This document shows positions 10,062 through 20,491 of a stretch of DNA of 64,000 nt, one piece after another. Under the pieces are notes generated by a model. The model saw only the letters and a list, made by a program, of their open reading frames with translations, had not been told where the DNA came from and did no database searches. The DNA is from Alphaproteobacteria bacterium (GTDB taxonomy: Bacteria > Pseudomonadota > Alphaproteobacteria > CALKHQ01), in assembly GCA_965227515.1 (NCBI GenBank), contig CBDDFZ010000002.1:1383930-1447929 (forward strand). Direction: 5' to 3'. How positions within the stretch are numbered: the stretch's first letter is position 1; every line of letters starts with the position of its first letter. A program made the position numbers and the translations under genes.

Positions 10062-12176
10062 CTATCCCGACAACAGATACCGCACCGCGGCGTCGCGTTC
10101 GAACAGATAGAGCAGCACCCGCAGCGCCTGGCCGCGCGGGCCGGTCAGCTCCGGGTCGCGCTCCATCACCAGCCGTGAGTCGTCGTGTGCGACCGCCAGC
10201 AGGTCGCGGTGCTCGTCCAGGTCGGCGACGCGGAACTGCGGCAGGCCGCTCTGGCGGGTGCCCAGCACCTCGCCGCTGCCCCTGATCCTGAGGTCTTCCT
10301 CGGCGATGCGGAAACCGTCGTCGGTCTCGCGCAGGATGCGCAGCCGTGCGCGCGCCGACTCCCCGATGCCGGCCGAGTAGAGCAGCAGGCAGGTGCCGCC
10401 GGCGAGCCCGCGCCCGACCCGGCCGCGCAACTGGTGGAGCTGGGCAAGCCCGAAGCGCTCGGCCTGCTCCACCACCATCACCGTCGCCTCGGGCACGTTG
10501 ACCCCGACCTCGATCACCGTGGTCGCGACCAGCAGGTCGACCGGGGTGTCGGCGGCCGTCAGCAGGTCGTTGTCGCGGCCGGAAAACCGCGCCATCACCC
10601 GGTCCTTGTCCGGGCCGGCCATCCGCCCGTGCACCAGCGCCACCTTGTCGCCGAAGCGTTTCTTCAGGCTGTCGTAGCGGTCGGTGGCGGCGACCAGGTC
10701 GATCTCCTCGGACTCCTCGACCGCCGGGCAGACCCAATAGACCTTGGCGCCCTTGTCCATGGCGCGCGCGACCCCGCCGATCACGTCCTCCAGCCGGTCG
10801 AGCGGCATAGCGCGGGTGTCGACCGGAATGCGCCCCGGCGGCTTCTCGTCCAGGATCGACTGGTCCAGGTCGCCATAGGCCGCCATCGCCAGGGTGCGCG
10901 GGATCGGGGTCGCGGTCATCACCAGCACGTCGGCGTGGCGCCCCTTCTGCGACAGCAGCATGCGCTGGTGGACGCCGAAGCGGTGCTGCTCGTCCACCAC
11001 CACCAGGCCCAGGTCGGCGAAGTCGACGCCCTCCTGGAACAGTGCGTGGGTGCCGATGGCGATGCCGATGCGCCCGGCGGCGAGGTCGGCCAGGGCGGCG
11101 TCGCGCGCCTTGCCCCGGTCGCGCCCGGTCAGCAGCAGCAGCGGCACCCCCAGCGCCTCCGCCCACGGCGTCAGCGTTTCCAGGTGCTGGCGGGCGAGCA
11201 GTTCGGTCGGCGCCATCAGGGCCGCCTGCGCGCCCGACTCAAGAGCGTTCAGCATCGCGCACATGGCGACCACGGTCTTGCCGCTGCCGACATCGCCCTG
11301 CAGCAGCCGCAGCATGCGGCGCGGTGCGGCCATGTCGTTGTCGATCTCGCCGAGCACGCGGAGCTGGGCGCCGGTCAGCGGGAAGGGCAGGGCGCCGAGC
11401 AGTTTCTCGCGCATCGGCCCTCCCACCTTGTAGACGCGGCCGGCGCGGCTGCGCTCCCGCGCCCGGATGATGGAGAGCGCGAGCTGGCTCGCCAGCAGCT
11501 CGTCATATGCCAGCCGGGTGCGCGCCGGGCCGGTGGGCGACAGGTCCTCGGTATCCTGGGGGCGGTGGACGGTGGCCAGCGCGTCGCGCCAACCCGGCCA
11601 GCCGCGCTGGCGCATCAGGCCGGTGTCGTTCCACTCCGGCAGTTCCGGCGCGCGGCGCACCGCCTCGCCGACCGCCTTGGCCAAGGTCTTCGGCGACAGC
11701 CCCTCGGTCATCGGATAGACCGGCTCCAGCACCGCCAGCTCGTCCATCTCGTCGGGGCGGGCGATGAAGTCAGGGTGTGCCATCTGCAAGCGGTCGTTGA
11801 ACGCCTCCACCTTGCCGGAGACGACACGCTGCTCGCCCACCGGCAGCACCCGCTCCAGATAGTCGCCACGGGCGCGGAAGAACACCAGGCTCAGGAAGCC
11901 GGTGTCGTCCTGGCCGACGACGACATAGGGGCGGCGCCGGTTCGGCGGCGGGCGGTGCTCCACCACCGTCAGTTCTATGGTGGCCACCGCGCCGATCACC
12001 GCATGGGCGATCTTCGGGCGCTTGCGCCGGTCGATGGCGCCGGTCGGCATGTGCCACAGCGCGTCGATCACCCGTGTGATGCCCAGCTTTTCCAGCAGCT
12101 TGGCGACACGCGGGCCGACCCCCTCCACCCTTTCGATGGGGGCGAACAACGGTTGCAGGACATCGGGTCGCGTCAT
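10062..12176 (-). CDS. recG: ATP-dependent DNA helicase RecG
   Basis: LQGDVGSGKT, DEQHRFGV, MTATPIPRTL, ATTVIEVGVNVP, AERFGLAQLHQLRGRVGRG and 'DLRIRG.GE.LG.RQSG'. Confidence 0.96.
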   Translation of the reverse strand: MTRPDVLQPLFAPIERVEGVGPRVAKLLEKLGITRVIDALWHMPTGAIDRRKRPKIAHAVIGAVATIELTVVEHRPPPNRRRPYVVVGQDDTGFLSLVFFRARGDYLERVLPVGEQRVVSGKVEAFNDRLQMAHPDFIARPDEMDELAVLEPVYPMTEGLSPKTLAKAVGEAVRRAPELPEWNDTGLMRQRGWPGWRDALATVHRPQDTEDLSPTGPARTRLAYDELLASQLALSIIRARERSRAGRVYKVGGPMREKLLGALPFPLTGAQLRVLGEIDNDMAAPRRMLRLLQGDVGSGKTVVAMCAMLNALESGAQAALMAPTELLARQHLETLTPWAEALGVPLLLLTGRDRGKARDAALADLAAGRIGIAIGTHALFQEGVDFADLGLVVVDEQHRFGVHQRMLLSQKGRHADVLVMTATPIPRTLAMAAYGDLDQSILDEKPPGRIPVDTRAMPLDRLEDVIGGVARAMDKGAKVYWVCPAVEESEEIDLVAATDRYDSLKKRFGDKVALVHGRMAGPDKDRVMARFSGRDNDLLTAADTPVDLLVATTVIEVGVNVPEATVMVVEQAERFGLAQLHQLRGRVGRGLAGGTCLLLYSAGIGESARARLRILRETDDGFRIAEEDLRIRGSGEVLGTRQSGLPQFRVADLDEHRDLLAVAHDDSRLVMERDPELTGPRGQALRVLLYLFERDAAVRYLLSG

Positions 12177-12299
12177 CGGCGGGCGGATTCGGTTGGACAG
12201 GCGGGCGGGCACGCGATATCGCATGCGCCCACGCACTTCCCATAACCAAATCCGAATGGCGCGGCAGGTCAACGCCGCTTGCCGCAAGAGTCTTCGCCC

Positions 12300-12578
12300 A
12301 TGCCGGACCCGACCGACCTGGAATATCGGCGCAAGCGCCTGATCTACCGCAGCCACCACACTGGCACCCACGAGACCGACCTGTTGCTGGGCCGGTTCGC
12401 CGATGCCCATGTGCCTGGCATGACCGCGCGCGACCTGGACGACTACGAGGCGCTGATCGACAACGCCGACCCGGACCTGTGGAACTGGATCAGCGGCCGG
12501 GTGGCGGTGCCGGCGGCCTACGACACCCCGGTGTTCCGCAGCCTGTGCGCCATGTCCTTCACGCCGAACGACTATTGA
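12300..12578 (+). CDS. sdhE: Succinate dehydrogenase assembly factor 2 (FAD assembly factor SdhE)
   Basis: 'RKRLIYRSHHTGTHETDLLLGRFA' resembles the RGxxE motif, plus 'DPDLWNW'. Conserved position between recG and mfd. Confidence 0.85.
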   Translation: MPDPTDLEYRRKRLIYRSHHTGTHETDLLLGRFADAHVPGMTARDLDDYEALIDNADPDLWNWISGRVAVPAAYDTPVFRSLCAMSFTPNDY

Positions 12579-12588
12579 ACGACCTTCG

Positions 12589-15500
12589 ATGATCCAGCTC
12601 GAACACAGCCTGAAGGCGCCGGGGCGCATGCTGGTCGGCGGGGTGCCGGACGGTGCCGATGCCCTGCTGATCGCACGCTACCTAGCCGGCGATGCCAGCC
12701 GCTCGCTGCTGCACGTCGCCCGGGACGATGCCCGGATGGCGCGGATGGCGGCGGTCGTGCGCTATCACGCGCCGGACGTGCGGGTGCTGGAGTTCCCGGC
12801 GTGGGACTGCCTGCCCTATGACCGGGTGGGGCCGAACGCACAGATCGTCGCCCGCCGGCTGGAGGGGCTGACCGCCCTGGCCAATGGCTTTGTGGGCGGG
12901 CTGGTGGTGACCACGGTCAACGCGCTCGCCCAGCGGGTGCCGCCGCCGTCGGCGCTGGCCGACGCGAGCTTCACCGCCGAGGTCGGCGACACCCTGGACC
13001 GCGAGGCGCTGACCGCGTTCCTGGAGCGCAATGGCTACCACCACACCTCCACCGTGCGCGAGCCGGGCGAGTACGCGGTGCGCGGCGGCATCATCGACGT
13101 GTTCCCGACCGGCGCCGAGCGGCCCTGCCGCGTCGACCTGTTCGGCGACGATATCGAGACCATCCGCGCGTTCGATCCGGTTGACCAGCGCAGCACCGGC
13201 CAGGACGTGGCGCTGGTCATCAAGCCGGTCAGCGAGGTGGCGCTGTCGGAGGACAACATCCGCAGTTTCCGCAGCGGCTATCGCGCGCTGTTCGGCACCA
13301 ATGTCAGCACCGATCCGCTGTACGAGGCGGTCAGCGCCGGCCGCCGCATCGCCGGCATGGAGCACTGGCTGCCGCTGTTCTACGAGCGGCTGGCCGCACT
13401 GCCGGACTATCTGCCCGGCACGCCGGTGACGCTAGACGCCCAGGCGGCGGAAGTGCGCGACGCGCGCCTGGAGACCATCGCCGACACCTACCAGACTCGC
13501 GCCACCGGCAGCGCGCTGGCGGAGGGGGCCACACCCTATCGCCCGCTGCCGCCAGAACGCCTCTACCTCGGCAGCGACGAGTGGGACGCGGCCCTGGCCG
13601 ACCGGCCCGTCGTTCAGTTCTCGCCGTTCGATGCGCCGCCCGGCGACAAGCAGGGACGCTCCGCCGGGGTCGAAGGCCCGCTGTCGTTCGCGGAGGCGCG
13701 CGCCGACCGGCAGGCGGCTCTGTTCGACGCAGCGGTCGCGGCCATTGCCGCCGAGCAGGCTGCCGGCCGCCGGGCGGTGGTGACCGGCTTCACGACGGGC
13801 TCGCGCGACCGGCTGATGGCGTTGCTGGGCGAGCATGGCTTGGGCACCGCGCTGGCAGTGGAAAGCTGGGCCGAGGCGATGAAGGCGCCGAAGGGCGTCG
13901 TCGTGCTGCCCGTCCTGCCGCTGGAAACCGGCTACCGCACCCGCGACCTCGCGGTCATCACCGAGCAGGACATCCTGGGCGAGCGGATGGCGCGCGCGCC
14001 GCGCCGCCAGCGCAAGGCCGACAACATCATCGCCGAGGCGAACAGCCTGGCCGAAGGCGACCTGGTGGTGCACCGCGAGCACGGCATCGGCCGCTATGAC
14101 GGGCTGATCGCGATCGAGGTGGCCGGCGCGCCCCACGACTGCCTGCGCGTGCTCTACGCCGACGACGACAAGCTGTTCCTGCCGGTGGAGAACATCGAGG
14201 TGCTGTCGCGCTTCGGCCCCGGCACCGACGGCGTGGTGCTCGACCGGCTGGGCGGGGTCGCCTGGCAGGCGCGCAAGGCCAAGGTCAAGAAGCGCATCCG
14301 CGAAATCGCCGATCAGTTGATCCGCATCGCCGCCGAGCGGGTGGTGCGCACCGGCGAGACCGTGGAGGCGCCGGACGGCGTCTATGACGAGTTCGCCGCG
14401 CGCTTCCCGTATCCGGAGACCGACGACCAGCTCCGCGCCATCGAGCAGACCATTACCGATCTGGCGTCCGGCAAGCCGATGGACCGGCTGATCTGCGGCG
14501 ACGTCGGCTTCGGCAAGACCGAGGTGGCCCTGCGCGCCGCGTTCATCGCCGCCATGTCGGGCGGGCAGGTGGCGGTGGTGGTGCCGACGACGCTGCTCTG
14601 CCGGCAGCACTTCGCCACCTTCAAGGAGCGGTTCCAGGGCCTGCCGGTTCGCATCGAGCAGCTCTCGCGCCTGGTGACGCAGAAAGACGCGACCGCCACC
14701 CGCAAGGCGCTGGCCGAGGGCCAGGTCGACATCGTCGTCGGCACCCACGCGCTCCTCTCCAAGTCGATCAAGTTCAAGCACCTGTCGCTGCTGATCGTCG
14801 ACGAGGAGCAGCATTTCGGCGTCGCGCAGAAGGAGCGGCTGAAGCAGCTCAAGTCCAACGTCCACGTGCTGACGCTAACCGCGACGCCGATCCCGCGCAC
14901 CTTGCAACTGGCACTGTCGGGCGTGCGTGACATGAGCATGATCGCGACCCCGCCGGTCGACCGGCTGGCGGTGCGCACCTTCGTGCTGCCGTTCGACCCG
15001 GTGGTGATCCGCGAGGCGCTGCTGCGCGAGCACTATCGCGGCGGCCAGACCTTCTATGTCTGCCCGCGCGTCAGCGACCTGGCCCGCGTCGAGGAGCGGA
15101 TCGCGGAACTGGTGCCCGAGGTGAAGATGCGGGTCGCCCACGGCCAGATGGCGCCGAGCGCGCTGGAAGAGGTGATGACCGCGTTCTACGACCGCCAGTT
15201 CGATGTGCTGCTGTCGACCCAGATCGTGGAGTCCGGGCTCGACCTGCCGGCGGCCAACACCATCATCATCCACCGTGCCGATATGTTCGGGCTTGCCCAG
15301 CTCTATCAGCTGCGCGGGCGGGTCGGGCGCGGCAAGGTGCGCGCCTATGCCTATCTCACGGTGTCGCCGGGCAAGGTGCTGACCGGCGGCGCGCAGCAGC
15401 GCCTGCAGGTGATGCAGACGCTCGACACCCTGGGCGCCGGCTTCACGCTCGCCAGCCACGATCTGGACATTCGCGGTGCCGGCAATTTGCTGGGCGAGGA

Positions 15501-16065
15501 GCAGTCCGGCCAGATCAAGGAAGTGGGCGTCGAGCTTTACCAGCAGCTTCTGGAGGAGGCGGTCGCGGCGGCCCGCTCCGAGGGCGATCTGGACGAGGCG
15601 GAAACCGCATGGTCGCCGCAGATCACCATCGGCGTGCCGGTGCTGATCCCCGACGACTATGTCGCTGATCTCGGCCTCCGGCTATCGTTGTACCGGCGTG
15701 CCGCCGACCTGGATTCGGCCCAGGCGGTGGAGGGTTTCGCCGCCGAGCTGATCGACCGGTTCGGGCCGCTGCCCTCGGAAGTCGAGAACCTGCTGGAGAT
15801 CGTGCAGATCAAGGCCCTGTGCCGTACGGTCGGGGTGGAGAAGCTGGACGCCGGGCCGAAGGGTGCGGTGCTGGCGTTCCACAACGACCAGTTCGCCAAC
15901 CCCGCGGGCCTGGTCGAGTTCATCGCCACCCAGGTCGGCCGGGTGAAGCTCAGGCCCGACCACAGGCTGGTCTATCGCCGCGACTGGACCAAGGTGGCCG
16001 ACCGGCTGCGCGGCGCGCGCGACATGCTGCGGCAGTTGGAGCGCGTGGTGGAAGAGAGCGCTTAG
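12589..16065 (+). CDS. mfd: Transcription-repair coupling factor
   Basis: FPAWDCLPYD, VRGGIIDVF, CarD-like VHREHGIGRY, CGDVGFGKTEVA, DEEQHFGV and QLRGRVGR. 1158 aa. Confidence 0.97.
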   Translation: MIQLEHSLKAPGRMLVGGVPDGADALLIARYLAGDASRSLLHVARDDARMARMAAVVRYHAPDVRVLEFPAWDCLPYDRVGPNAQIVARRLEGLTALANGFVGGLVVTTVNALAQRVPPPSALADASFTAEVGDTLDREALTAFLERNGYHHTSTVREPGEYAVRGGIIDVFPTGAERPCRVDLFGDDIETIRAFDPVDQRSTGQDVALVIKPVSEVALSEDNIRSFRSGYRALFGTNVSTDPLYEAVSAGRRIAGMEHWLPLFYERLAALPDYLPGTPVTLDAQAAEVRDARLETIADTYQTRATGSALAEGATPYRPLPPERLYLGSDEWDAALADRPVVQFSPFDAPPGDKQGRSAGVEGPLSFAEARADRQAALFDAAVAAIAAEQAAGRRAVVTGFTTGSRDRLMALLGEHGLGTALAVESWAEAMKAPKGVVVLPVLPLETGYRTRDLAVITEQDILGERMARAPRRQRKADNIIAEANSLAEGDLVVHREHGIGRYDGLIAIEVAGAPHDCLRVLYADDDKLFLPVENIEVLSRFGPGTDGVVLDRLGGVAWQARKAKVKKRIREIADQLIRIAAERVVRTGETVEAPDGVYDEFAARFPYPETDDQLRAIEQTITDLASGKPMDRLICGDVGFGKTEVALRAAFIAAMSGGQVAVVVPTTLLCRQHFATFKERFQGLPVRIEQLSRLVTQKDATATRKALAEGQVDIVVGTHALLSKSIKFKHLSLLIVDEEQHFGVAQKERLKQLKSNVHVLTLTATPIPRTLQLALSGVRDMSMIATPPVDRLAVRTFVLPFDPVVIREALLREHYRGGQTFYVCPRVSDLARVEERIAELVPEVKMRVAHGQMAPSALEEVMTAFYDRQFDVLLSTQIVESGLDLPAANTIIIHRADMFGLAQLYQLRGRVGRGKVRAYAYLTVSPGKVLTGGAQQRLQVMQTLDTLGAGFTLASHDLDIRGAGNLLGEEQSGQIKEVGVELYQQLLEEAVAAARSEGDLDEAETAWSPQITIGVPVLIPDDYVADLGLRLSLYRRAADLDSAQAVEGFAAELIDRFGPLPSEVENLLEIVQIKALCRTVGVEKLDAGPKGAVLAFHNDQFANPAGLVEFIATQVGRVKLRPDHRLVYRRDWTKVADRLRGARDMLRQLERVVEESA

Positions 16066-16150
16066 GCAGGTCAACAGCCTTACGCTGCTCAGTCGACAGC
16101 TCGTGACTTCACGACGTCATCCACACAGTAGAACGGGGTCCAGCCTCCCG

Positions 16151-16237
16151 CGTCATGCCCGCACTTGTTGCGGGCATCCACGTCTTGGCATCGTTAGAAG
16201 AAAGTCGTGGATGGTCGGGACAAGCCCGACCATGACG
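16151..16237. repeat. REP/MITE-like palindromic element, copy 2
   Basis: CGTCATGCCCGCACTTGTTGCGGGCATCCACG ... CGTGGATGGTCGGGACAAGCCCGACCATGACG. Same architecture as 4159-4267. Confidence 0.8.
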
Positions 16238-16347
16238 ATAGTGTATGACTTGAGCGCCGCTGGTATTAAGGTTTGGTTCGTCCAGCGCGGGCATAAAGAC
16301 AGTCCGTTTGTCTTTTGCTGCCCCACCCCTGCCCGAGGACCCACGCC

Positions 16348-17007
16348 ATGCCGATGACCGCCTACAGTCATGAATTTCCCGGTATCTATATCGATGCCGA
16401 GAACGCCGACGCGAACTTCTTCGGCAGGGTCAAGGCCTGCCTGAACATCCTGCGCTCGCGCGATGTCGGCAAGCGCCTGCTGGATGCGATCACCGGCGCG
16501 GTCGAGGTGCCGAACAAGGTGGTGGTGATCGAGGAGGCGCCGGGAGGCGCCAATGGCCTTGCGACCGCCGTGCCGACGCTCGACACCAGCGACGGGTTTC
16601 GCGCGCGGCTGCGCGCGCCGGGCGAGGGACGTCTGCTCGCCGCCCCGGCCTTCGATCGCATTGTGCGCGGCGGCGAAGGCGCCAGCGGCATTGTGCGCTG
16701 GAACCCGGCCAACGCGATCCCGTTCATCGGCACGCCGCGCCCGGCGTACCTCAGCCTTGGCCACGAGCTGATCCACTGCCTGCACTACATCACCGCCGAT
16801 TGCTATCGCAAGATCAACGACGTGGTGACGCTGGATGCCGGCGTCGACTCAGGCCTGGCCGAAGAGGAGGCCCGCACCGTGGGCCTGGGCCCCTATGCCG
16901 ACGAGGCGATGTCGGAGAACGCGATCCGCGAGGCGTTCGAGCAGCCGAAGCGCACCGAATACAACAACGGCAACGACCTCAGCCACGTCAAGGCGACCCC
17001 GCACTGA
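16348..17007 (+). CDS. NleD/HopH1-like zinc metallopeptidase (M91 family)
   Basis: HExxH in LGHELIHCLH. C-terminal 'EEEARTVGLGPY...SENAIREAFEQPKRTEY' resembles the NleD-family tail. GAGGA ribosome-binding site upstream of the ATG. Confidence 0.72.
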   Translation: MPMTAYSHEFPGIYIDAENADANFFGRVKACLNILRSRDVGKRLLDAITGAVEVPNKVVVIEEAPGGANGLATAVPTLDTSDGFRARLRAPGEGRLLAAPAFDRIVRGGEGASGIVRWNPANAIPFIGTPRPAYLSLGHELIHCLHYITADCYRKINDVVTLDAGVDSGLAEEEARTVGLGPYADEAMSENAIREAFEQPKRTEYNNGNDLSHVKATPH

Positions 17008-17029
17008 CGACGGGCCCGCTGCGTCGCCG

Positions 17030-17707
17030 TTACTCGGCGGCGGCGCGCTCCGCCACCGCGCGGTCCAGCACTTCCAGCAGCACGGCGGCCGGCTGCGCGC
17101 CCGAGACGGCATAGCGCTGGTCGATGATGAAGCAGGGCACGCCCTGCACGCCGCTGGACCGCGCCACCCGATCCTCGCCCAGCACTTCCTGGCGCTTGGC
17201 GTCGTCCTGCCACTGGGCGATGGCCTCGGCCGGCATGTTCGCCTCTTCGGCCACCGCCGCCAGCACCGTCGGGTCGCCGATGTTGCGGCCGTCCAGGAAA
17301 TACGCCTTGAACAGCGCCTCCACCACGGCGTCCTGGCAGTCGTGCTCGCCGGCGATGGCGATCAGGCGGTGGGCGTTGACCGTGTTGGGCGTGTGCTGGA
17401 TCGCCTCGAAATCGAAGCCGATGCCGGCGTTGGCGCCGGCCTGGCGCACCCGGTCGTACATCTGACCGCCGGCCGCGTCGCCGAACTTGGCGCGCATATA
17501 CTCGTCGCGCGACATGCCTTCGGCCGGCATGTCGGGGTTGAGCTGGAACGTGCGCCAGTGGATGTCCAGGTTCAGGTCCGGGCGCTCGGCCGCCGCCTGC
17601 TCCAGATGCCGCTTGCCGATGAAGCACCATGGGCAAATGACGTCGGACACGATGTCCAGCCGCACAGGCGCGTCCGCTGCCGTGCGCTCTTGGGTGTCGT
17701 CCGCCAT
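17030..17707 (-). CDS. DsbA-family (FrnE-like) oxidoreductase
   Basis: SDVICPWCFIGKR (CxxC), FQLNPDMP, 'PNT..AHRL', GVPCF and SGAQP. Confidence 0.88.
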   Translation of the reverse strand: MADDTQERTAADAPVRLDIVSDVICPWCFIGKRHLEQAAAERPDLNLDIHWRTFQLNPDMPAEGMSRDEYMRAKFGDAAGGQMYDRVRQAGANAGIGFDFEAIQHTPNTVNAHRLIAIAGEHDCQDAVVEALFKAYFLDGRNIGDPTVLAAVAEEANMPAEAIAQWQDDAKRQEVLGEDRVARSSGVQGVPCFIIDQRYAVSGAQPAAVLLEVLDRAVAERAAAE

Positions 17708-17906
17708 CGTTGCCTCCTTCGAATTGCCTCGCCTTGATGTGGCGCAGCGCGTCCGTCCGGTCAATCCACACGATCTCACCGTTCCGGCATGGCCGGCTGA
17801 TTGCAGCACCCACCGGCAACGCCTATAAGGGCGCCTGCAAAATGACGGGCGGCGGCAGACGGGCAAGCTCATGCCGCATGCGCCTACACGGTGGGAGCGA
17901 GTGAAT

Positions 17907-19403
17907 ATGCGGGCGGTACAACACTACATCGGCGGCAAGCGGCACACGTCCGACAGCGGGCGTGTGGGCGATGTGTTTAACCCGGCGACCGGTGAAGTGC
18001 AGGCCCAGGTGTCCATGGGCACGCCGGCCGATGTGGATGCCGCCGTTGCCTCGGCAATGGAGGCGTTTCCGGGCTGGGCGGCGACCCCGCCGCTGCGGCG
18101 CGCGCGGGTCATGTTCAAGTTCAAGGAACTGATCGAGGCCCACAGCGAGGAGATCGCCGCCTGCCTGACGTCGGAGCACGGCAAGGTGCTGTCCGACGCG
18201 CGCGGTGAGGTGACGCGCGGCCTGGAGGTGGTGGAGTTCGCCTGCGGCATTCCGCACCTGCTGAAGGGCGAGTTCTCCGAGAACGTGGGCACCAACGTCG
18301 ATAGCTGGTCGACCCGCCAGCCGCTGGGCGTGGTTGCCGGCGTGACCCCATTCAACTTCCCGGCCATGGTGCCGATGTGGATGTTCCCGGTGGCGCTGGC
18401 CTGCGGCAACTGCTTCATCCTGAAGCCGTCGGAGCGCGATCCCTCCGCGTCGCTGCTGCTCGCCGACCTGCTGAAGGAGGCAGGCCTGCCGGACGGCGTG
18501 TTCAACGTGGTGCACGGCGACAAGGAAGTGGTGGACGCGATCCTGGTCCACCCGAACATCCAGGCGGTCAGCTTCGTCGGCTCGACCCCGATCGCGCAGT
18601 ACATCTACCAGACCGGCACCGCCCACGGGAAACGGGTGCAGGCGCTGGGCGGGGCGAAGAACCACATGGTGGTGATGCCCGATGCCGACATGGAGCAGGC
18701 GACCGACGCGCTGATGGGCGCCGCCTATGGCGCGGCCGGCGAGCGCTGCATGGCAATCTCGGTCGCGGTCGCGGTGGGCGACAAGGTCGGCGACGACCTG
18801 ATCGAGCGCCTGAAGCCGCGGGTGCAGACGCTCAAGGTCGGCGTCGGCACCGATTCGGAATCGGAGATGGGGCCGCTGGTCACCAAGCAGCACATGGACA
18901 AGGTGCGCGGCTACATCGACCTCGGTGTCGAGGAGGGCGCCGACCTGGTGGTCGACGGCCGCGACATCAGCCTGCAGGGCTATGAGAACGGGTTCTTCCT
19001 GGGCGGCTCGCTGTTCGACCGGGTCACAACCGACATGCGTATCTACAAGGAAGAGATCTTCGGGCCAGTGCTCTCGGTCGTGCGCGCCAACGACTATGCC
19101 GAGGCGGTCGACATGGTGAACAAGCACGAGTTCGGCAATGGCGCTGCCATCTTCACCCGCGACGGCGATGCCGCGCGCGAGTTCGCCTCGACCGCGCAGA
19201 TCGGCATGATCGGCGTAAACGTGCCGATCCCGGTGCCGATGGCGTTCCACAGCTTTGGCGGCTGGAAGGCATCGCTGTTCGGCGACCAGCACATGCACGG
19301 CCCGGAAGGGGTGCGCTTCTACACCAAGCTGAAGACCATCACGTCGCGCTGGCCGACCGGCCTGAAGGAAGGCGCGCAATTCGTGATGCCGACGATGAAG
19401 TGA
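17907..19403 (+). CDS. mmsA: CoA-acylating methylmalonate-semialdehyde dehydrogenase
   Basis: [43 protein letters not shown] and EEIFGPVL. Confidence 0.92.
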   Translation: MRAVQHYIGGKRHTSDSGRVGDVFNPATGEVQAQVSMGTPADVDAAVASAMEAFPGWAATPPLRRARVMFKFKELIEAHSEEIAACLTSEHGKVLSDARGEVTRGLEVVEFACGIPHLLKGEFSENVGTNVDSWSTRQPLGVVAGVTPFNFPAMVPMWMFPVALACGNCFILKPSERDPSASLLLADLLKEAGLPDGVFNVVHGDKEVVDAILVHPNIQAVSFVGSTPIAQYIYQTGTAHGKRVQALGGAKNHMVVMPDADMEQATDALMGAAYGAAGERCMAISVAVAVGDKVGDDLIERLKPRVQTLKVGVGTDSESEMGPLVTKQHMDKVRGYIDLGVEEGADLVVDGRDISLQGYENGFFLGGSLFDRVTTDMRIYKEEIFGPVLSVVRANDYAEAVDMVNKHEFGNGAAIFTRDGDAAREFASTAQIGMIGVNVPIPVPMAFHSFGGWKASLFGDQHMHGPEGVRFYTKLKTITSRWPTGLKEGAQFVMPTMK

Positions 19404-20461
19404 TGCCGCGCCGCGCCGCACACGCACTTGCCGGCGCAGCCCTGCTGGGGCTGGCGTCGCTGCCGGCTACGGAGGTTCTGGCGCAGAGCCAGAACACGTT
19501 CGTATCAGGGGTGTGGAGCGGCCAGGCGTTCTTCTCGTCCGAGGACGCCACGTTCAGCCATTGCCTGATGGTCGCGGAATTCGACCGCGAGATCACGCTG
19601 ATCTTCGCCCTCGACCGTTCCGGCGCGCTGTCGTTCGGCGTCAGGAACCCGCGCTGGGACCTGCCGGTGCAGTCCAGCCCCGACCTGACCATGACGCTGG
19701 ATCATGGCTGGACCGGCACGCCGGCGATCGAAGCGCTGGAGCCCAATCTCATTCTGGGGCCGATCGGTTTGGCGGAGGACGTGCTGGCGCCGTTTGCCCG
19801 CGCATCGTTCGTGTCCATCGATGTCGGCGTACAGCGGTTCGACTTCGCGCTGATCGGCGCGGAGGCCGCGTTCCGGGCGCTGGCGGCGTGTGCCGACGAG
19901 GCTGGCGCGCCGGTGGCGGTGGCCGGCCAGCCGGTCTCCATCGACATTTCCGCCGCTGACAGCATTTCCGAGCAGGTCGACCTGGTCGCGGTCGATCCGA
20001 ACATCCTGGCCACAACCATGGCGCAGAGCCTGCTGCAGTCTGCTGGCCTGGGCCACTTCGAGCTGATGCCGCGCGAGGGCAGCGACATCTTCCTGGCCAA
20101 TGCGCGCGCCGTGTGGACCGATGGCGCCATCTACGGCGCCCTGTTCACGGTCGCCGAGCGCGCGCGCGGCGCCGATGCGGCCATTGCCGAGGTGATCGAG
20201 AGCATTTCCGCCGGCTGCCAGGGCGTGTTCGAGGAATACGACATCGAGCTTGCCGACCCGTTGCCCTTCGGCATGGCGCGGCGGGGCGCGCGTTGCCGCG
20301 AGGGCGACGTCATCATCGCCATGCGCGCGGTGGCCATCGTGCAGGCCAGCGGCACCATGGTGATCGTCCATGCCGGTCTGCGCGAGGACCTGAGCGTGCT
20401 CGCCGACAGCGACGACCGGATCGCCGAGGCGCTGGCCGAAAACCTTGGCGGGCTGCGCTGA
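19403..20461 (+). CDS. Exported hypothetical protein
   Basis: Signal peptide-like N-terminus (RR, hydrophobic stretch, VLA-Q). Start overlaps the mmsA stop. Codon usage is host-like. Confidence 0.6.
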   Translation: MPRRAAHALAGAALLGLASLPATEVLAQSQNTFVSGVWSGQAFFSSEDATFSHCLMVAEFDREITLIFALDRSGALSFGVRNPRWDLPVQSSPDLTMTLDHGWTGTPAIEALEPNLILGPIGLAEDVLAPFARASFVSIDVGVQRFDFALIGAEAAFRALAACADEAGAPVAVAGQPVSIDISAADSISEQVDLVAVDPNILATTMAQSLLQSAGLGHFELMPREGSDIFLANARAVWTDGAIYGALFTVAERARGADAAIAEVIESISAGCQGVFEEYDIELADPLPFGMARRGARCREGDVIIAMRAVAIVQASGTMVIVHAGLREDLSVLADSDDRIAEALAENLGGLR

Positions 20462-20491
20462 CCCGCACCGCCGCACACGTGTGACGGACCG

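Noticed and set aside
9232-11166. 644-aa minus-strand ORF taken as a single protein
   Set aside because: Its N-terminal part is an off-frame shadow of recG. The PhyH domain begins at the ATG at 10038.
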